From Eledone cirrhosa (Eukaryota), in contig OZ024754.1 of assembly GCA_964016885.1 (NCBI GenBank), forward strand, positions 19,964,001 to 20,028,000: a stretch of 64,000 bases of DNA, in the 5' to 3' direction. The position numbers were made by a program, and so were the translations under genes. Each line of letters starts with the position of its first letter. The first letter of the stretch is position 1. The notes below the pieces were generated by a model. It made no database searches. It saw only the letters and a list, made by a program, of their open reading frames with translations, and was not told the DNA's origin. Positions 58,001-64,000 of this stretch are shown in pieces.

Positions 58001-61000
58001 CATGTACAACTGTGGCTAAAATGACTCTTCCATGATATAGTTACTTTAGTTTCAACACAATCTCAGATCAAGTCACTTGCTAGCCATGTACAACTGTGGC
58101 TAAAATGACTCTTCCATGATATAGTTACTTTAGTTTCAACACAGTCTCAGATCAAGTCACTTGCCAGACATGTACAACTGTGGCTAAAATGACACTTCCA
58201 TGATATAGTTACTTTGGTTTCAACACAGTCTCAGATCAACTCACTTGCCAGACATGTACAACTGTGGCTAAAATCGCTCTTCCATGATATAGTTACTTTA
58301 GTTTCAACACAATCTCAGACCAAGTCACTTGCCAGACATGTACAACTGTGGCTAAAATGACTCTTCCTTGGTATTGTTACTTTTGTTTCAACACAATCTC
58401 AGATCAAGTCACTTGCCAGACATGTACAACTGTGGCTAAAATGATTCTTCCATGATATAGTTACTTTAGTTTCAACACAGTCACAGATCAAGTCACTTGC
58501 CAGACATGTACGGCTATGGCTAAAATGACTCTTCCATGATATAGTTACTTTAGTTTCAACACAATCTCAGATCAAGTTACTTGCCAGACATGTACAACTG
58601 TGGCTAAAATGATTCTTCCATGATATAGTTACTTTAGATTCAACACAATCTCAGATCAAGTCACTTGCCAGACATGTACAACTGTGACTATAATGACTCT
58701 TCCATGATATAGTTACTTTAGTTTCAAAACAGTCACAGATCAATTCACTTGCCAGACATGTACAACTGTGGCTAAAATGACTCTTCTGTGATATAGTTAC
58801 TTTAGTTTCAACACAGTCTCAGATCAAGTCACTTGTCATACATGTACAACTGTGGCTAAAATGACTCTTCCATTATATAGTTACTTTAGTTTCAACACAA
58901 TCTCAGATAAAGTCACTTGCCAGACATGTAAAACTCTGACTAAAATGACTCTTCCATGATATAGTTACTTTAGTTTCAACACAATCTGAGATCAAGTCAC
59001 TTGCCAGACATGTACAACTGTGACAAAAATGACTCTTCCATGATATAGTTACTTTAGTTTCAACACAGTCACAGATCAAGTCACTTGCCAGACATGTACA
59101 ACTATGGCTCAAATGACTCTTCCATGATATAGTTACTTTAGTTTCAACACAGTCTCAGATCCTGTCACTTGCGAGACATTTACAACTGTGGCTAAAATGA
59201 CTCTTCAATGATATAGTTACTTTAGTTTCAACACAGTCTTTGATCAAGTCACTTGCAAGACTGTGGCTAAAATGACTCTTCCATGATATAGTTACTTTAG
59301 TTTTCAAACAGTCTCAGATCAGGTCACTTGCCAGACACGTACCACTGTGGCTAAAATGACTCTTCCATGATATAGTTACTTTAGTTTCAACACAGTCTCA
59401 GATCAAGTCACTTGCCAGACATGTACAACTGTGGCTAAAATGACTCTTCCATGATATAGTTACTTTAGTTTCAACACAGTTTCAGATCAGGTCACATGCC
59501 ATACACGTACCACTGTGGCTAAAATGACTCTTCCATGATATAGTTACTTTAGTTTCAACACAGTCACAGATCAAGTCACTTGCCAGACATGTACAACTGT
59601 GGCTAAAATGACTCTTCCATTATATAGTTACTTTAGTTTCAACACAATCTCAGATCCTGTCACTTGCGAGACATGTACAACTGTGGCTAAAATGACTCTT
59701 CCATGATATAGTTACTTTAGTTTCAACACAATCTCAGATCAAGTCACTTGCTAGCCATGTACAACTGTGGCTAAAATTACTCTTCCATGATATAGTTACT
59801 TTGGTTTCAACACAGTTTCAGATCAACTCACTTGCCAGACATGTACAACTGTGGCTAAAATCGCTCTTCCATGATATAGTTACTTTAGTTTCAACACAAT
59901 CTCAGACCAAGTCACTTGCCAGACATGTACAACTGTGGCTAAAATGACTCTTCCTTGGTATAGTTACTTTAGTTTCAACACAATCTCAGATCAAGTCACT
60001 TGCCAGACATGTACAACTGTGACTAAAATGACTCTTCCATGATATAGTTACTTTAGTTTCAACACAGTCACAGATCAAGTCACTTGCCAGACATGTACAA
60101 CTGTGACTAAAATGACTCTTCCATGATATAGTTACTTTAGTTTCAACACAGTCTCAGATCAAGTCACTTGCCAGACATGTACAACTGTGACTAAAATGAC
60201 TCTTCCATGATATAGTTACTTTAGTTTGAACACAGTCTCAGATCAAGTTACTTGCCAGACATGTACAACTGTGACTAAAATGACTCTTCCATGATATAGT
60301 TACTTTAGTTTCAACACAATCTCAGATCAAGTCACTTGCCAGACATGTACAACTGTGACTAAAATGACTCTTCCATGATATAGTTACATTAGTTTCAACA
60401 CAGTCTCAGATCAAGTCACTTGCCAGACATGTACAACTGTGACTAAAATGACTCTTCCATGATATAGTTACTTTAGTTTCAACACAGTTTCAGATCATTT
60501 CACTTGCCAAACATGAACAACTGTGGCTAAAATGACTCTTCCATGATATAGTTACTTTAGTTTTCAAACAGTCTCAGATCAAGTCACTTGCTAGACATGT
60601 TCAACTGTGGCTAAAATGACTCTTCCATGATATAGTTACTTTAGTTTCAACACAGTTTCAGATAAGGTCACTTGCTAGACACGTACCACTGTGGCTAAAA
60701 TGACTCTTCCATGATATAGTTACTTAAGTTTCAACACAGTTTCACATCAAGTCACTTGCCAGACATGTACAACTGTGGCTAAAATGACTCTTCCATGATA
60801 TAGTTACTTTAGTTTCAACACAATCTCAGATCAAGTCACTTGCCAAACATGTACAACTGTGGCTAAAATGACTCTTCCATGATATAGTTACTTTAGTTTC
60901 AACACAATCTCAGATCAAGTCACTTGCCAGACATGTACATCTGTGACTAAAATGACTCTTCCATGATATAGTTACTTTAGTTTCAACACAGTCACAGATC

Positions 61001-64000
61001 AAGTCACTAACCAGACATGTACAACTGTGACTAAAATGACTCTTCCATGATATAGTTACTTTGTTTCAACACAATCTCAGATCCTGTCACTTGCGAGACA
61101 TTTACAACTGTGGCTAAAATGACTCTTCCATGATATAGTTACTTTATTTTCAACACAGTCTTTGATCAAGTCACTTGCAAGACTGTGGCTAAAATGACTC
61201 TTCCATGATATAGTTACTTTAGTTTCAACACAATCTCAGATCCTGTCACTTGCGAGACTTGTACAACTGTGGCTAAAATGACTCTTCCATGATATATTTA
61301 CTTTAGTTTCAACACAATCTCAGATCAAGTCACTTGCTAGCCATGTACAACTGTGGCTAAAATGACTCTTCCATGATATAGTTACTTTAGTTTCAACACA
61401 GTCTCAGATCAAGTCACTTGCCAGACATGCACAACTGTGGCTAAAATGACACTTCCATGATATAGTTACTTTGGTTTCAACACAATCTCAGATCAACTCA
61501 CTTGCCAGACATGTACAACTGTGGCTAAAATCGCTCTTCCATGATATAGTTACTTTAGTTTCAACACAATCTCAGACCAAGTCACTTGCCAGACATGTAC
61601 AACTGTGGCTAAAATGACTCTTCCATGATATAGTTACTTTAGTTTCAACACAGTCACAGATCAAGTCACTTGCCAGACATGTACGGCTATGGCTAAAATG
61701 ACTCTTCCATGATATAGTTACTTTAGTTTCAACACAATCTCAGATCAAGTTACTTGCCAGACATGTACAACTGTGGCTAAAATGATTCTTCCATGATATA
61801 GTTACTTTAGTTTCAACACAATCTCAGATCAAGTCACTTGCCAGACATGTACAACTGTGACTATAATGACTCTTCCATGATATAGTTACTTTAGTTTCAA
61901 AACAGTCACAGATCAATTCACTTGCCAGACATGTACAACTGTGGCTAAAATGACTCTTCTGTGATATAGTTACTTTAGTTTCAACACAGTCTCAGATCAA
62001 GTCACTTGTCATACATGTACAACTGTGGCTAAAATGACTCTTCCATTATATAGTTACTTTAGTTTCAACACAATCTCAGATCAAGTCACTTGCCAGACAT
62101 GTAAAACTCTGACTAAAATGACTCTTCCATGATATAGTTACTTTAGTGTCAACACAATCTGAGATCAAGTCACTTGCCAGACATGTACAACTGTGACAAA
62201 AATGACTCTTCCATGATATAGTTACTTTAGTTTCAACACAGTCACAGATCAAGTCACTTGCCAGACATGTACAACTATGGCTCAAATGACTCTTCCATGA
62301 TATAGTTACTTTAGTTTCAACACAATCTCAGATCAAGTCACTTGCCAGACATGTACAACTGTGGCTAAAATGACTCTTCCATGATATAGTTACTTTAGTT
62401 TCAACACAGTATCAGATCAGGTCACTTGCCAAACATGAACAACTGTGGCTAAAGTGACTCTTCCATGATATAGTTACTTTAGTTTCAGCACAGTCACAGA
62501 TCAAGTCACTTGCCAGATGTGTACAACTGTGGCTAAAATGACTCTTCCGTGATATATTTACTTTAGTTTCAACACAGTCTCAGATCCTGTCACTTGCGAG
62601 ACATGTACAACTGTGGCTAAAATGACTCTTCCATGATATAGTTACTTTAGTTTTAACACAGTCACAGATCAAGTCACTTGCCAGACATGTACAACTGTGA
62701 CTAAAATGACTCTTCCATGATATAGTTACTTTAGTTTCAACACAGTCTCAGATCAAGTCACTTGCCAGACATGTACAACTGTGGCTAAAATGACTCTTCC
62801 ATGACATAGTTACTTTAGTTTCAACATAGTCACAGATCAAGTCACTTGCTAGACATGTATAACTGTGGCTAAAATTACTCTTCCATGATATAGTGACTTT
62901 AGTTTCAACTCAGTTTCAGATCAGGTCACTTGCCATACACGTACCACTGTGGCTAAAATGACTCTTCCATGATATAGTTACTTTAGTCTCAACACAGTCT
63001 CAGATCAAGTCACTTGCCAGACATGTACAACTGTGGCTAAAATGACTCTTCCATGATATAGTTACTTTAGTTTCAACACAATCTCAGATCAAGTCACTTG
63101 CTAGCCATGTACAACTGTGGCTAAAATTACTCTGCCATGATATAGTTACTTTGGTTTCAACACAGTCTCAGATCAACTCACTTGCCAGACATGTACAAAT
63201 GTGTCTAAAATCGCTCTTCCATGATATAGTTACTTTAGTTTCAACACAATCTCAGACCAAGTCACTTGCCAGACATGTACAACTGTGGCTAAAATGACTC
63301 TTCCTTGGTATAGTTACTTTAGTTTCAACACAATCTCAGATCAAGTCACTTGCCAGACATGTACAACTGTGACTAAAATGACTCTTCCATGATATAGTTA
63401 CTTTAGTTTCAACACAGTTTCAGATCAGTTCACTTGCCAAACATGAACAACTGTGGCTAAAATGACTCTTCCATGATATAGTTACTTTAGTTTTCAAACA
63501 GTCTCAGATCAAGTCACTTGCTAGACATGTTCAACTCTGGGTAAAATGACTCTTCCATGATATAGTTACTTTAGTTTCAACACAGTTTCAGATCAGGTCA
63601 CTTGCCAGACACGTACCACTGTGGCTAAAATGATTCTTCCATGATATTGTTACTTAAGTTTCAACACAGTTTCACATCAAGTCACTTGCCAGACATGTAC
63701 AACTGTGGCTAAAATGACTCTTCCATGATATAGTTACTTTAGTTTCAACACAGTTTCAGATCAGGTCACTTGCCATACACGTACCACTGTGGCTAAAATG
63801 ACTCTTCCATGATATAGTTACTTTAGTTTCAACACAGTCACAGATCAAGTCACTTGCCAGACATGTACAACTGTGGCTAAAATGACTCTTCCATGATATA
63901 GTTACTTTGGTTTCAACACAGTCTCAGATCAACTCACTTGCCAGACATGTACAACTGTTGCTAAAATCGCTCTTCCATGATATAGTTACTTTAGTTTCAA
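55000..64000. repeat. Satellite layer D: HORs with 22- and 38-mer spacings
   Basis: Marker CGGCTATGG at 56663, 58511 and 61684 gives spacings of 1848 (22x84) and 3173 (38x84-19). ORF-track entries at 58903 and 62076 are also 3173 apart. GCTAGCCATG is frequent. Confidence 0.78.

Larger units (their letters stand above)
1..64000. repeat. Tandem satellite DNA array, 84-bp monomer, about 760 copies, running to both window edges
   Basis: The 84-bp consensus ACTCTTCCATGATATAGTTACTTTAGTTTCAACACAGTCTCAGATCAAGTCACTTGCCAGACATGTACAACTGTGGCTAAAATG recurs head-to-tail from base 1 to base 64000. Monomers typically carry a few substitutions, with occasional 1-, 2-, 9- and 11-bp deletions and rare 1-bp insertions. 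Orientation is constant and there is no spacer DNA. Confidence 0.99.

Noticed and set aside
437-62285. All 15 ORFs in the supplied track (63-91 aa, Cys/Ser/Thr-rich repeats)
   Set aside because: Each is 2-3 satellite monomers in which the usual TGA happens to be mutated. They occur in three different frames on both strands, have no unique flanks, and recur only because HOR blocks are duplicated.
1-64000. Giant repeat protein under TGA recoding (Trp, Cys or Sec): three of six consensus frames contain only a single TGA, and the CCA-TGA to CCT-TGG variant looks synonymous under TGA=Trp
   Set aside because: Amplified 1-bp and 11-bp deletions shift the frame. The common TGC-TAG variant puts TAG in the CxxC frame. 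Lacking TAA/TAG over 28 codons is not rare by chance. There is no start, end or gene context. A per-frame dN/dS on monomer variants would settle it.
1-64000. CRISPR array or other repeat-spacer system
   Set aside because: There are no unique spacers; the variable segment is only a few SNP alleles of the same sequence, and no cas genes are present.
1-64000. Functional PRDM9-like or KRAB-ZNF zinc-finger exon (84-bp period)
   Set aside because: No frame has both Cys and His ligands or a TGEKP linker, and nearly every unit has a stop. Retained only as a speculative ancestry hypothesis.
1-64000. p53-family response element (CWWG cores CAAG, CTTG, CATG)
   Set aside because: Core spacing is 7 and 9 bp rather than 10, and the RRR/YYY flanks mismatch.
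1-64000. Insect antifreeze-like TCT repeat or metallothionein-like protein
   Set aside because: Only one TCxTCT or CxC motif per 28 residues, the wrong period for 12-aa Thr/Cys antifreeze repeats, and the frames are interrupted.
1-64000. Whole array as an assembly or rolling-circle artefact
   Set aside because: Monomers carry structured, heritable variants with nested HORs and positional layers, which artefactual concatemers would not show. Individual duplications still need read support.

Overview
The whole 64-kb window is one uninterrupted, head-to-tail, single-orientation tandem array of an 84-bp satellite monomer (about 760 copies, about 38% GC). Consensus: ACTCTTCCATGATATAGTTACTTTAGTTTCAACACAGTCTCAGATCAAGTCACTTGCCAGACATGTACAACTGTGGCTAAAATG. 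I see no genes, RNA genes, transposon insertions, inversions or unique sequence, and the listed ORFs are chance read-throughs of 2-3 monomers. Monomer variants divide the array into about four layers (about 1-12.6 kb, 19-36.5 kb, 38.3-55 kb and 55-64 kb), with less ordered zones at about 12.6-19 kb and 36.5-38.3 kb. Each layer has its own irregular higher-order repeats (HORs, 17-62 monomers) plus nested 2-, 3-, 9- and 10-mer duplications. This architecture is typical of eukaryotic centromeric or pericentromeric satellite DNA. The most speculative observation is that the 28-codon monomer has one frame with a CxxC and C2H2-zinc-finger-like register, so it may be a dead ZF-derived satellite. All marker positions and counts were read by eye, and layer boundaries are approximate.
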